From Patescibacteria group bacterium (GTDB lineage Bacteria; Patescibacteriota; Minisyncoccia; Phycocordibacterales; UBA1550): a stretch of 64,000 nt of DNA. Shown in pieces: positions 11,001 to 18,869 of the stretch (position 1 is the stretch's first letter; each line of letters starts with the position of its first letter). Below the pieces are notes generated by a model, which saw only the letters and a program-made list of their open reading frames with translations, had not been told where the DNA came from and ran no database searches. Location: assembly GCA_038062675.1 (NCBI GenBank), contig JBBTWP010000003.1:37934-101933 (forward strand), given 5' to 3'. A program made the position numbers and the translations under genes.

Positions 11001-11112
11001 GTCCGTCTATGGGAGTTTTTGGGGTTGCCACCAAAACATAGGCAATGATTGCCCCCACAAGAACAATGACCACCAGTCCAATAATTTTAAATGCGAGAGG
11101 AATATCTTTCAT
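8032..11112 (-). CDS. Large cell-surface protein with N-terminal TM anchor and ~10 tandem ~85-aa Ig-like repeats
   Basis: Start at 'MKDIPLAFKIIGLVVIVLVGAIIAYVLVA' (hydrophobic anchor). Repeats follow the form 'PYNGxxxLxWSSxNATSCxASGGWSGxK...KTYxLxCTGxGG...VTVxV', each with two conserved Cys. The C-terminal ~100 aa is Cys/Trp-containing and non-repetitive. Confidence 0.7.
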   Translation of the reverse strand: MKDIPLAFKIIGLVVIVLVGAIIAYVLVATPKTPIDGPTAFVDPFPTPFAPRPEVLYPKAVLSADSTIVPYNGQAVLSWSSVNSTSCLALDGWEGKQATSGTFSTGPLTSARTYDLKCTGENGESLVESLTVNVIPLPTGRLDASPNPIPYNGNTMLTWSSSNETESCVASGGWSGEKKIAGNQKESGLLSTKTYLLKCTGRGGSVTSSVTVSVIPLPSGSLTAEPNPVPYKGTTTLAWSSSDATVCDASGSWRGRKATTGTESTGPLVSSKTYVLKCTGRGGVTTKSVTVRVLGVPKGTLVAEPNIVPYNGNATLTWSATGNAASCTASGAWNGMKTAEGSEVVGPLTATQKYILTCTGPGGDSVPQTVTIRVEAQVLAGSPSVKPTMEFSAESISIPYGTSPTLVWSSEGTSSCTASGGWTGMKESSGSETPAPTTRATTYSLNCRGAGGSVSKSVSVSVVALPTAGALRASPNQVPDGETTNITWTAGKGATSCTASGGENLTKPWSGTKEISGTMIVGPFTTTQALVLTCSGAGGESKPQSVTIKVLPKGDFYAEATEIVSGTQPKLVWNIENATQCTAGGGWSGAKPVSGTSTVAAITRPANTYKTYTLSCTGPGGTKSVTPVTVKLLALPTGTLIAKGVNGTTDVSSGSGSNPSIVVDYNNSATLFWNPSADTTSCTASGGWSGVVYDINKPELSKQQTISGLQKTANYILTCTGPGGLVEKSVTVKVKPGILSFTANHDKSTYVADENKLNPCSSSDGDCFQIGLNGTPKIEWTVYNADSCSATGWNDNQNITSFVVTGQTLSPINKDTPYTLTCTNAAGSVEKKITVKIKDPTVTLTSASPDVSYAGAETTLVWSSKDVISCTGSGGGGDWDGVKFSSGGVYYTGSLTSSHTYKLVCLGGNNRTVSKSVTVTIRTPITLYFRCSYAKNANLAEVYEGQYCEWARSGYPGWPGAGSGYCAHAGNPTVPSLPLMRAILKRVGLSTLQTEKIERVELVSSSAVNYCDDGGVDGTQGIFKVY

Positions 11113-11279
11113 GAAGTAATGTTCCGTGTTTACCGTCAATAACAATTGTCAGTAAACCTACCCCCTACAGTATACAAGCATCTTGATTTTTGGGCAATGC
11201 GAAATGTGCAAAACAAAAACCCCCCGAGGCAAAGCCTCGGGGGGTTTTTGTTTTGTTTGCATGCACAACTATATTATTT

Positions 11280-12623
11280 TTACTTCGAAGTAACTGTCTC
11301 AACTGTCTCGATACTTGGGAATCCTTTGCAGGTAAGGTTGAAAATGGCTATTCCAGAAAGTGAAACAGTTGAGAAACTAACCGCTTGTGTTCCTGAGAGA
11401 GCTTTTGCGCCACTCCAGTTGCCTGACGCCGCACATGAAACCGCGCCCACCGTTGACCATGTTACCGTCTTTGCTGGCCTGTTGATACTGAAGTTAACCA
11501 AAGGGGGTATCATGACCGAAGATGGAGCCGAGGTACCTCCAGGTCCAGAACATGTCAGAGAGAATGAAGTTGGGGAACTAATACCCGTGACACCCTGCTG
11601 TCCAGAGAGCCCTTTTCCTCCCGCCCATCCACCGGATGCAGCACAAGAAGTTGCGTTTGCAGATGACCAAGTAAGAGTTGCGTAGTATTTTGTAGTCAGC
11701 TTGCCCGCATTTTTGTACGAAAGGGATGCTGTTGGTGCAGAGATGGTAACGGTTACTGTTTTTGGAACACTTGCGCCGCCGACCCCATTGCACGTTATTG
11801 TGTAATCTCTTGGGGAAGTAGTTATGTTGGAAATCGTTTGATTCCCTGCAGTATCTATAGTTGTCCCCGCCCACGCACCACTAGTCGTGCATGAAGTTGC
11901 ATCAGTCGAGGTCCATGAAAGCACCGTGCTCCCCCCAAGAGAGACAGGGTTTGAACTTGCAGTGAATGATGTTACTGTTGGAACAGGAGGTGGGGAGACA
12001 AAGGGAGCGACAGTAATATTTATTACATCAATATCTATATCAGTAGGTTCAGTGCCCGCTCCTCTTGTACACGTTAAGGTATATGTGGCACTTGTCGTAA
12101 GAGTGCCAAGCGGTAAACTTCCTGAGAGTTCTTGTGGTCCCGACCAAGAAAGGGACTCTCCCCCAGACGCTACGCACAAATCTGCGTTTGTTGATGTCCA
12201 GCGGAGCGTAGTGGACTCTCCCCAAGCAACACTCGCAAGATCTGAATAAAATGTATCAATAGAGACAGGGGGAGAAGGAGGTGTGCCCCCGCCCACTGAT
12301 GGCGTCGTCCAACCTACCCCACTTGAAGTATACTCACCTTTTGCGTTTTGGGTTGGAGCGACAAACGTAAGCACTTGCCCCAGAGCCCCCCCAGGAACAA
12401 CAAGCCCTGTTGTAACCAAAACAGCGGGTTTTGAGGTGTCGCCACTATCAATGACCAAGTTTCCCTTCTTTGTCTGTTGTACACTTCCCGTCGTCAAAGG
12501 CGCATCCGCATTTCCATTGGGTGGTGCAGCAGTAGGAAGAACCCATGCTGAAGCAAAACTAATGCCAAACGATAGGATGACAGCAAGAGCAATGAGTTTA
12601 ACGTTTTGAGCGATGTTTTTCAT
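11280..12623 (-). CDS. Secreted protein with the same Ig-like repeat family (paralogue of 8032..11112)
   Basis: Signal peptide 'MKNIAQNVKLIALAVILSFGISFASA'. Repeats such as 'LxWxSTNAxxCxASGG...TLTC'. Confidence 0.65.
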   Translation of the reverse strand: MKNIAQNVKLIALAVILSFGISFASAWVLPTAAPPNGNADAPLTTGSVQQTKKGNLVIDSGDTSKPAVLVTTGLVVPGGALGQVLTFVAPTQNAKGEYTSSGVGWTTPSVGGGTPPSPPVSIDTFYSDLASVAWGESTTLRWTSTNADLCVASGGESLSWSGPQELSGSLPLGTLTTSATYTLTCTRGAGTEPTDIDIDVINITVAPFVSPPPVPTVTSFTASSNPVSLGGSTVLSWTSTDATSCTTSGAWAGTTIDTAGNQTISNITTSPRDYTITCNGVGGASVPKTVTVTISAPTASLSYKNAGKLTTKYYATLTWSSANATSCAASGGWAGGKGLSGQQGVTGISSPTSFSLTCSGPGGTSAPSSVMIPPLVNFSINRPAKTVTWSTVGAVSCAASGNWSGAKALSGTQAVSFSTVSLSGIAIFNLTCKGFPSIETVETVTSK

Positions 12624-12702
12624 AATATGATAAATGATGATTGATTAGATAATACTTCTTTAGTATATCAGTGTGGAAGCAGGAATACTATGTGGAGGTG
12701 TG

Positions 12703-12724
12703 GATAAGTGAGTTACCGAGGACG
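12703..12724. repeat. Palindromic motif 'TTACCGAGGACGGTCCTCGGTA' (copy A)
   Basis: Perfect palindrome. A near-identical palindrome 'TTACCTAGGACGGTCCTAGGTAA' occurs at 27760..27782. Degenerate halves occur at 7043..7059 and 8008..8025. Confidence 0.7.
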
Positions 12725-12731
12725 GTCCTCG

Positions 12732-12767
12732 GTATGTGGGTAAAAAGATAAGAGGCCTTGCGTGAGC
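12732..12767 (-). terminator. Rho-independent terminator after the lipoprotein gene
   Basis: The minus-strand read gives stem 'aagaggc...gcctctt' followed by a U-run (plus-strand 'aaaaaga'). Confidence 0.5.
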
Positions 12768-12798
12768 AAAGCCTCTTGAAATAAACAAATGTACAAAA

Positions 12799-14619
12799 CT
12801 AAGGGATGATTGCTTGAGTGTTAATGAAGGATCCCTCAAATTCCATTACTCTGATTTGGTTCCCTCCATCAGCATCAGCAATGGCAACCGGTGTATATGA
12901 AGAATCACGAAAGAATGAAGAGAAAAAGAAATCCTGTTGAAAAGATATCCTTCCATCTGATATCCACCGCGGACTGCTTCCCTCACCAATCTCCGTAAAG
13001 CCGGATCCATCTGTATTCACCGTAGCAAGGATTTCCTTTTCGTGCATAAAGGCGAAATCTTGCATCTTTGCAGGACTGCTGTAACCAAAAACCAACTTTT
13101 TTCCATCAGGTGACAGCGACATGCCAAGTTCCTGTCCACCCCAATTGACTATATGCCAATCTGCGCCCGTAATGACTTCCGTAATTGGACCCAGATCTCC
13201 CGTTGCCAGATCGATTGATCGCTTGAAGATACCGCACGCCGGACGACAAGAGGTAAAATATTCTTCCCTGCCATCACCAGAAAAGACCGCACTGTAGTCT
13301 TTGTAAGTATCATTGGTAACCGAACCGACCTGGTTAGGAGAGATGCGTGTAAGCAAAATATCTCTTGTTCCCTCAGAACTTACCCCACTGCAAGCGATTT
13401 CATTCTCACTGGGAGACAAACTCATACCTCCGCGACAATCATTACTTGAAACAATCTGCAACCCCTTGTTACATCCTGCAGACAAAGGAACAACTCCTGC
13501 CATATCGTCAGCTGTGCATCCTGCTCCATCTGTATCCAGAATACCCATCTTCTGGCTATTACTATCATTTGCCTTAAAGACAATCTTACCATTGCGCGAA
13601 ACAATTAAACCTTCACTGTAGCGACTAAGGTGAACAAGTGGCAAATAGGTCAAAATATCCTCTTTGCCTGTCTCCATGTCGAACCGGATGATTTCATCAT
13701 TTCTCACAAAAAACGCTTCCTCTGTTGCAATACGAGCAAAACCAACTTCCAAGGGAAACGTATTGGCAAAGACTATCCTCTGTTCCGTCGAAATATCCTT
13801 TACTTCAGAGATAGTAAAGACAACATCGCGGACGGCATCAGACACACCGAAAGGTGGTATTTCTGAAAAGCTTGCTTCCAAAATAATGGTCGCAACCTCC
13901 TGGTAAATGTAGGAACTAAAATCACCATCCACGCCACCAACTTGCCATAAAAAGCTGGAGACAGGATTACTAAGGATTAGTGATGCCTGTCCATTTACCA
14001 CGGTAGCTGTCACGTACTCCGTAGGATTTCCAAGGAAATCCCATTCATTTCGCGAAGTCCCTCTGGCTCTCACCTCTGTAACATACGGAGCAAGAGCACC
14101 ACTGACAGTCAGCACAACCCCTGAAGATGAAAATTTATTCTCAGGGAAAAAGTTGCACTGCCCAACCTTCACAAATCCTTGCGGTTTGCGAGAGATGAGC
14201 ACCCCAGGACCACACGAAGCAGCGACAGCAATAGGCGGAGGAATTGGCACTACAACAACAACTGACGCACTAACAATACCCTCACCAAGATCCATACACG
14301 TCAAATTAAGCGTATATGTTGTACCCGCATTTAGTCCAGACAAAGTGTAATTACTATTATTAACCGTGTAGCTTTTTTCCCACTCCCACCCGCTTGCTCC
14401 TGAAGCACTGCACGAGCTAACATTTGCTGTTGTCCAGGACAACTTTACACTTGCGGACGAACCAACAATAACTGGGGCACTTGCGACGAGCTCCAAGCTT
14501 GGTGTTGGCACTACTACCGGTGGCGGAGGCCCTGAATCAGACCCTCCCCCACTCTTACAACCAGCAACACCGAGAACCAGAACCGCGAAAAGACAGACTG
14601 CCTTTGAGAGCGTCTTCAT
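12799..14619 (-). CDS. Lipoprotein: one Ig-like repeat plus a TolB/PD40-like beta-propeller region
   Basis: Lipobox 'LVLGVAGC'. One 'LSWTTANVSSCSASGASGWEWEK...TYTLNLTC' repeat, then PD40-like 'SPDGKKLVFGYSS' and 'SVSPDG'-type blades. Confidence 0.6.
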   Translation of the reverse strand: MKTLSKAVCLFAVLVLGVAGCKSGGGSDSGPPPPVVVPTPSLELVASAPVIVGSSASVKLSWTTANVSSCSASGASGWEWEKSYTVNNSNYTLSGLNAGTTYTLNLTCMDLGEGIVSASVVVVVPIPPPIAVAASCGPGVLISRKPQGFVKVGQCNFFPENKFSSSGVVLTVSGALAPYVTEVRARGTSRNEWDFLGNPTEYVTATVVNGQASLILSNPVSSFLWQVGGVDGDFSSYIYQEVATIILEASFSEIPPFGVSDAVRDVVFTISEVKDISTEQRIVFANTFPLEVGFARIATEEAFFVRNDEIIRFDMETGKEDILTYLPLVHLSRYSEGLIVSRNGKIVFKANDSNSQKMGILDTDGAGCTADDMAGVVPLSAGCNKGLQIVSSNDCRGGMSLSPSENEIACSGVSSEGTRDILLTRISPNQVGSVTNDTYKDYSAVFSGDGREEYFTSCRPACGIFKRSIDLATGDLGPITEVITGADWHIVNWGGQELGMSLSPDGKKLVFGYSSPAKMQDFAFMHEKEILATVNTDGSGFTEIGEGSSPRWISDGRISFQQDFFFSSFFRDSSYTPVAIADADGGNQIRVMEFEGSFINTQAIIP

Positions 14620-14837
14620 AGTAAACCTCCAGACACATTGAGTTGAGATGGCACCGTGCCATCATTGATTGACAAGGTACTCTTTCTTCCATATAAGAAA
14701 ATTTCCTTTATGTAGTATATCCAATTACAGATTGTAATCTGAAAGATTATGTTTGTCAAGGGGGGGGTTATCCACAGTGGGGGCTACGCGCTATTTTTAA
14801 CAAACGATAGGGGCGCGACCGTGGGCCGCACCCCCTG

Positions 14838-15710
14838 TCATTTGTGCTCCCCACGCACCGTTTCCCCATCACTCTTAAAAATGAGTGTCCCTTGTTCGGC
14901 AGTGCTCCGCGCAGAAATCTTCAATTCTTCCAAAAGCGCAGTCACTTCTTTGTGTGGGTGCCCATACTTGTTGTCTTTGCCTGCGGAAATGATTGCGTAC
15001 TCTGGATTTACTGCCGAAAGGAATTCACACGAGCTCGATGTGCGCGAGCCGTGGTGCCCCAATTTCAAAACATCAGTTTTAAGTAGACCACCCTCCCTTC
15101 CCACCAGATACTTTTCGATAGCGATGGGCGAATCCCCCGTAAACAAAAAAGAGGTGTTGCCATACGAGAGTCGCGCAACAATTGAACCCATATTGGTTTC
15201 CCACCCTGCAGTACTTTGGGCAGGGAACAAAATTTCAAGCACCACACCCTCGTCGAGAATAATGCGTTCGCCAGTGCGTGCCAAAATCCGCTTCGCATGT
15301 TCGCGCTCGATGGCATTCTCAAACGCAGCATATGCTCCCGTATCCGATGTGTTCTCGGTCGTCACCACACCATCCACACTCAGACGGTCGAGCACTGACG
15401 GCAACCCACCAACATGATCTTGGTCAGGGTGCGTCGCCAGCACGAGATCAAGCGAACGATCAAAAAACGGCATGACACGCCCAAGCGGTCGCAAGATCGC
15501 CCCACTCGACACACCACCATCAATCAGCATTTGATTCCCGTTCGGCGCTTCTATATAAATAGCATCTCCCTGCCCCACACCCAGAAACGCCACCGTCAGC
15601 ACACCATGCCGATCCGCGCGCATCGTCGCAGTCCAAATAAAAATATTGAGTACCAACAAAATGCCGAGCACTGTCCACGATGCATAATGTTTTGAAATTG
15701 TGCGATTCAT
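14838..15710 (-). CDS. Membrane-anchored metallo-beta-lactamase fold protein, ComEC C-terminal-domain-like
   Basis: 'LATHPDQDHVGG' (HxHxDH-type) and 'LKLGHHGSRTSSS' are typical of the ComEC/Rec2 MBL domain. N-terminal TM helix. Start chosen at the 'MNRTIS' ATG to avoid overlap with the divergent gene. Confidence 0.6.
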   Translation of the reverse strand: MNRTISKHYASWTVLGILLVLNIFIWTATMRADRHGVLTVAFLGVGQGDAIYIEAPNGNQMLIDGGVSSGAILRPLGRVMPFFDRSLDLVLATHPDQDHVGGLPSVLDRLSVDGVVTTENTSDTGAYAAFENAIEREHAKRILARTGERIILDEGVVLEILFPAQSTAGWETNMGSIVARLSYGNTSFLFTGDSPIAIEKYLVGREGGLLKTDVLKLGHHGSRTSSSCEFLSAVNPEYAIISAGKDNKYGHPHKEVTALLEELKISARSTAEQGTLIFKSDGETVRGEHK

Positions 15711-15759
15711 AAATCCACCATACTGAATTCTGCCAACATGATATGATGGGTATATTACC

Positions 15760-16353
15760 ATGATTCCCGACACATCCATCGAAACCATTATCGCCTTCGC
15801 AGGTTATGCAGGAATTTTCCTGCTCATGATCGCAAACGGGGCGGTGTCATTTCCATCAAGCCAAATCCTCTACATCATTGTCGGGTACTTCATTGCACAG
15901 GGTGACCTCGCGCTCGTCCCCGCAGCGCTCGCTGGTTCGGCAGGAAACGCCGTGGGTAATGTCATCCTCTATGAACTCGTTCGTGCACGTGGTCGCGCAT
16001 TCGTCGAGCGCATGAAACTTTTCCCCGCACGCGAACTCGCAAAAGTCGAAATCGCATTCAAGAAAAAAGGTGCGTGGTTTGTTTTCATCGGCAAGCTCCT
16101 CCCTGCTATCAAAGTGTTTGTCCCCATTCCCGCCGGACTCGGCAAAATGCACCGCGGATGTTTTGCGAGCATCATGTTTGTCGCATCATTTATTTGGTCG
16201 CTCGGCTTCATCTCCATCGGCTACTTCTTTGGCAAGTCATCTGACCTCTTTGGCAAATACGCCATCGTCCTCGTCATCGTCGCCGCACTTGTCCTCCTCT
16301 TTTTCTACCGCTACATCAACAGCGAAGAAATCGTCCGCGAGGTGGAGAAATAA
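15760..16353 (+). CDS. DedA / VTT-domain (SNARE-associated) membrane protein
   Basis: 197 aa with multiple TM helices and a DedA-like core 'FIGKLLPAIKVFVPIPAGLGKM'. Confidence 0.6.
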   Translation: MIPDTSIETIIAFAGYAGIFLLMIANGAVSFPSSQILYIIVGYFIAQGDLALVPAALAGSAGNAVGNVILYELVRARGRAFVERMKLFPARELAKVEIAFKKKGAWFVFIGKLLPAIKVFVPIPAGLGKMHRGCFASIMFVASFIWSLGFISIGYFFGKSSDLFGKYAIVLVIVAALVLLFFYRYINSEEIVREVEK

Positions 16354-16370
16354 ATTCCACTCTCAAAATC

Positions 16371-18185
16371 CTAAACCTTCAAAACTGCATCCAAAAAATT
16401 TACAATCTTTGGGTATGCATCGAGGCGATTCTTTAATTTTTTCAACCCGTGCCCCTCGTCGGCATACACCAAAAGCTCTGATTTTTTTCCTGATTCAATA
16501 AGTTTTTTGTGCATCTGCTCCGCCTCAGAAAGTGGCACACGCGGATCATTTGCTCCGTGAACGATGAGGAGTGGCGCTTGAATGTCTTCAATAAAATTGA
16601 TGGGCGAGATTGATTGCAAAAATTCGCGGTCGGTCGCAAGTGAGCCGTATTCCGCCTCCCTATTCTCGCGCCGGTATGGCGATGTGTTTTCGAGGAATGA
16701 AACGAAATTTGAAATTCCCACAATATCAACACCCGCTGCCCACAACTCGGGACGAAACGTCAGCCCTGCGAGCACCATGTAGCCACCATAGCTAACGCCC
16801 AAAAGCGCAACCTTCTTCGCATCAAATCTCCCGTCTTGCTCCAAAAACTTGTGAAAATACTCAAGGTCTGTGACGGAGTCCATTCTTTTTTTTACATCAT
16901 CAAGCGCCATATAGGCCTTGCCGTACCCAGAACTCCCGCGTACGTTCGGCAAAACTACCGCATATCCATGATGCACAAAGTATTGAGCAAGAGCATTAAA
17001 CCTGGGGCGGGATTGATCAGTAGGACCACCATGAATGTCAACAATAACGGGAATTTTTTGCCCGCTCGATTGGACTTTTGGCGTATACACAAACACGGGA
17101 ACTTGCAACCCATCAAATGACGGATATTTCACGAGCTCGGGCTCCACAAAAACTTCCTCAGGAACGCGACGCGGACTATGAGTAATTTGCCAATATTTAT
17201 TTTCCTCCTTGGACCACACCCACACGTCGCCATTTTTTGCTCCACTTGCTAAAGAAAAGGCAATGTGGCTCCCATCAGACGACCATGTTGCTCCACTTAT
17301 CATCCCTTTAGGAAAGTTTTGCTTGCTGACCGGTTGCAAATTTTTTGTTTCATAAACCGTAAGCGTGTTGTATCCATCTTTATTGACCATCACCATCAGA
17401 TGTTCCCCATCTCTGGTTATACTAATGCCATCAATGTCATGCTCCGGCACCAGCACATACAAACTCTTTTTGGTGGCAAGATCAAAAAAAGATACTCCAC
17501 AAAAATCCCGACCTCTATTTTGCACAAAAAAGAAACCACGCTCATCAGGAAGCCACCTTGGTGGCCCAATGATACCTTTTTCGTCTTCAGGAGTGAGGAG
17601 CTCAGCAACACCACTTGCAACATCCACAAGGTGCAAATCATTTCTTCCTGCTCCATAATTTTTCGTCACCACCAACTTACTCCCCGTCGGTGAAAAACTA
17701 TAACTCCAACACGAGCCACCCTCACCATAGACCATCCGAGACACCCCCGTTTCAACATCCATTATGTACACATCGACATCTTTCCCGTTCCGAACATTAG
17801 AGTGGTAAGTAATAAATTTTCCATCACGGGACCAGCCACCAAAATTATGAAATGCTGTTGGCTCACTGGTGAGCATGCGCACCGACTTCGAGGCAACATC
17901 AAGTAGAAAAAGTTGCACATTTTCGTTTCCTCCTTTTGCCATACCGAACACAATTTCGTTGTTAATTGGGGAAAATGAAACAGACGAAACAGAATCCTCA
18001 TATGCAGTTAGCTGCTCGGGCTCACCTCCGGTACGAGGCACGACATAAAGCTGGAACACTCCCGTCACGTTGCTCAAAAACGCCACCGTGTTTCCATCAG
18101 GACTGAACGACGGAGCTACCGCAGACTTGATATCCAAAAAATCTTCAATAGTATATTGTGGTTGCATAAATGGTATTTTAATCAA
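16371..18185 (-). CDS. S9 family peptidase (prolyl oligopeptidase / acylaminoacyl-peptidase type): N-terminal beta-propeller plus alpha/beta hydrolase
   Basis: Nucleophile elbow 'GVSYGGYM' (GxSxGG), downstream 'HGANDPRVP' and 'DEGHG' (Asp and His of the triad). PD40-like propeller repeats in the N-terminal half. Confidence 0.75.
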   Translation of the reverse strand: MIKIPFMQPQYTIEDFLDIKSAVAPSFSPDGNTVAFLSNVTGVFQLYVVPRTGGEPEQLTAYEDSVSSVSFSPINNEIVFGMAKGGNENVQLFLLDVASKSVRMLTSEPTAFHNFGGWSRDGKFITYHSNVRNGKDVDVYIMDVETGVSRMVYGEGGSCWSYSFSPTGSKLVVTKNYGAGRNDLHLVDVASGVAELLTPEDEKGIIGPPRWLPDERGFFFVQNRGRDFCGVSFFDLATKKSLYVLVPEHDIDGISITRDGEHLMVMVNKDGYNTLTVYETKNLQPVSKQNFPKGMISGATWSSDGSHIAFSLASGAKNGDVWVWSKEENKYWQITHSPRRVPEEVFVEPELVKYPSFDGLQVPVFVYTPKVQSSGQKIPVIVDIHGGPTDQSRPRFNALAQYFVHHGYAVVLPNVRGSSGYGKAYMALDDVKKRMDSVTDLEYFHKFLEQDGRFDAKKVALLGVSYGGYMVLAGLTFRPELWAAGVDIVGISNFVSFLENTSPYRRENREAEYGSLATDREFLQSISPINFIEDIQAPLLIVHGANDPRVPLSEAEQMHKKLIESGKKSELLVYADEGHGLKKLKNRLDAYPKIVNFLDAVLKV

Positions 18186-18233
18186 GAAAACATTTTTTTG
18201 CTAATTGTTACAAAACTCAACTCACTCTCAAGT

Positions 18234-18263
18234 ATAAAAAATCCCCGCAAAATTCACGGGGAT
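18234..18263 (-). terminator. Rho-independent terminator closing the small-peptide cassette
   Basis: Minus-strand 'atccccg tgaatttt gcggggat' followed by 'tttttat'. Confidence 0.6.
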
Positions 18264-18286
18264 CTTGATCGCATAGTTAGTGTCTA

Positions 18287-18376
18287 CTAACCGTCGCAAT
18301 CACCATCACACCAACTACCGCCAGGACCGCAATCACCACCGCAGCTTTCGGCATACATCTTGTGTGTCGTTTCCAT
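18287..18376 (-). CDS. Small Cys/Gly/Asp-rich peptide 1 (29 aa) 'METTHKMYAESCGGDCGPGGSWCDGDCDG'
   Basis: Hand-translated; too short for the ORF track. SD 'AAGGAG' sits 7 nt upstream of the ATG, with the conserved 39-bp leader repeat immediately upstream. Confidence 0.45.
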   Translation of the reverse strand: METTHKMYAESCGGDCGPGGSWCDGDCDG

Positions 18377-18410
18377 AAAGAAACTCCTTCAGCAAGAAAC
18401 AAAACAAAAC

Positions 18411-18449
18411 AAAACATTAGCGTTATCGAGACCCTCTCGAAGTTGGGCC
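18411..18449. repeat. 39-bp conserved leader element, copy A
   Basis: 'aaaacattagcgttatcgagaccctctcgaagttgggcc' is an exact direct repeat of 18570..18608. It contains the internal hairpin 'cgagaccctctcg'. Confidence 0.85.
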
Positions 18450-18487
18450 GCTAGTGTCAGTAATATTTTTCATCGTCACGGAAGGGG

Positions 18488-18553
18488 TTAAGGGGTATCA
18501 CAACCGCCCTCACACCCATTCACGGGGCATTCACCCTCTGGATGATTACTCAT
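18488..18553 (-). CDS. Small Cys-rich peptide 2 (21 aa) 'MSNHPEGECPVNGCEGGCDTP'
   Basis: Hand-translated. SD 'GGAGG' 6 nt upstream of the ATG; preceded by the second copy of the 39-bp leader repeat. Confidence 0.45.
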   Translation of the reverse strand: MSNHPEGECPVNGCEGGCDTP

Positions 18554-18569
18554 ATCACACCTCCACAAG

Positions 18570-18608
18570 AAACATTAGCGTTATCGAGACCCTCTCGAAG
18601 TTGGGCCA
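18570..18608. repeat. 39-bp conserved leader element, copy B
   Basis: Same sequence as copy A. Each copy sits just 5' (on the minus strand) of a Cys-rich micro-ORF. Confidence 0.85.
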
Positions 18609-18646
18609 CTCATGCTTTCAAATAAAGTACCGCCACACGACTTTGA

Positions 18647-18706
18647 CTAAGGGATGCACCCATCGTCAACTTCGTTTCCACCCTCACAACCACCATCATC
18701 AGTCAT
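18647..18706 (-). CDS. Small Cys-containing peptide 3 (19 aa) 'MTDDGGCEGGNEVDDGCIP'
   Basis: Hand-translated. 'AGAGG' 5 nt upstream of the ATG. Confidence 0.35.
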   Translation of the reverse strand: MTDDGGCEGGNEVDDGCIP

Positions 18707-18734
18707 ATCAACCTCTGCTCGTGATTAACATTGA

Positions 18735-18869
18735 TTAAAACAAATCGCCATCAAATGCTGGCGCGTGCTCAAACTCGTCAAATGACGGTCCTGCACCTTG
18801 GTTACGCATCCCTGCTCGATCAATCTCGACCGGGGAACTCGTAGACCAAGGAAGTTCTGGCGTCTTCAT
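18735..18869 (-). CDS. Small ORF 4 (44 aa, no Cys) 'MKTPELPWSTSSPVEIDRAGMRNQGAGPSFDEFEHAPAFDGDLF'
   Basis: Hand-translated. SD 'GAGGAG' 8 nt upstream. First gene of the same-strand cassette. Confidence 0.35.
   Translation of the reverse strand: MKTPELPWSTSSPVEIDRAGMRNQGAGPSFDEFEHAPAFDGDLF

Noticed and set aside
14749-15417. 222-aa plus-strand ORF overlapping the MBL-fold gene
   Set aside because: It is antisense to a gene with clear ComEC-MBL motifs, and its own translation has no recognisable domain.
16070-16501. 143-aa Ser-rich plus-strand ORF overlapping the DedA gene 3' end and the S9 peptidase
   Set aside because: It is low-complexity, out of frame with and overlapping two well-supported genes.
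18454-18738. 94-aa His-rich plus-strand ORF 'MSVIFFIVTEGVKGYHNRPHTHSRGIHPL...'
   Set aside because: It is the antisense frame of the SD-preceded Cys-peptide micro-ORFs and the conserved 39-bp repeats, with no RBS and odd composition. The minus-strand cassette and its terminator explain the region better.
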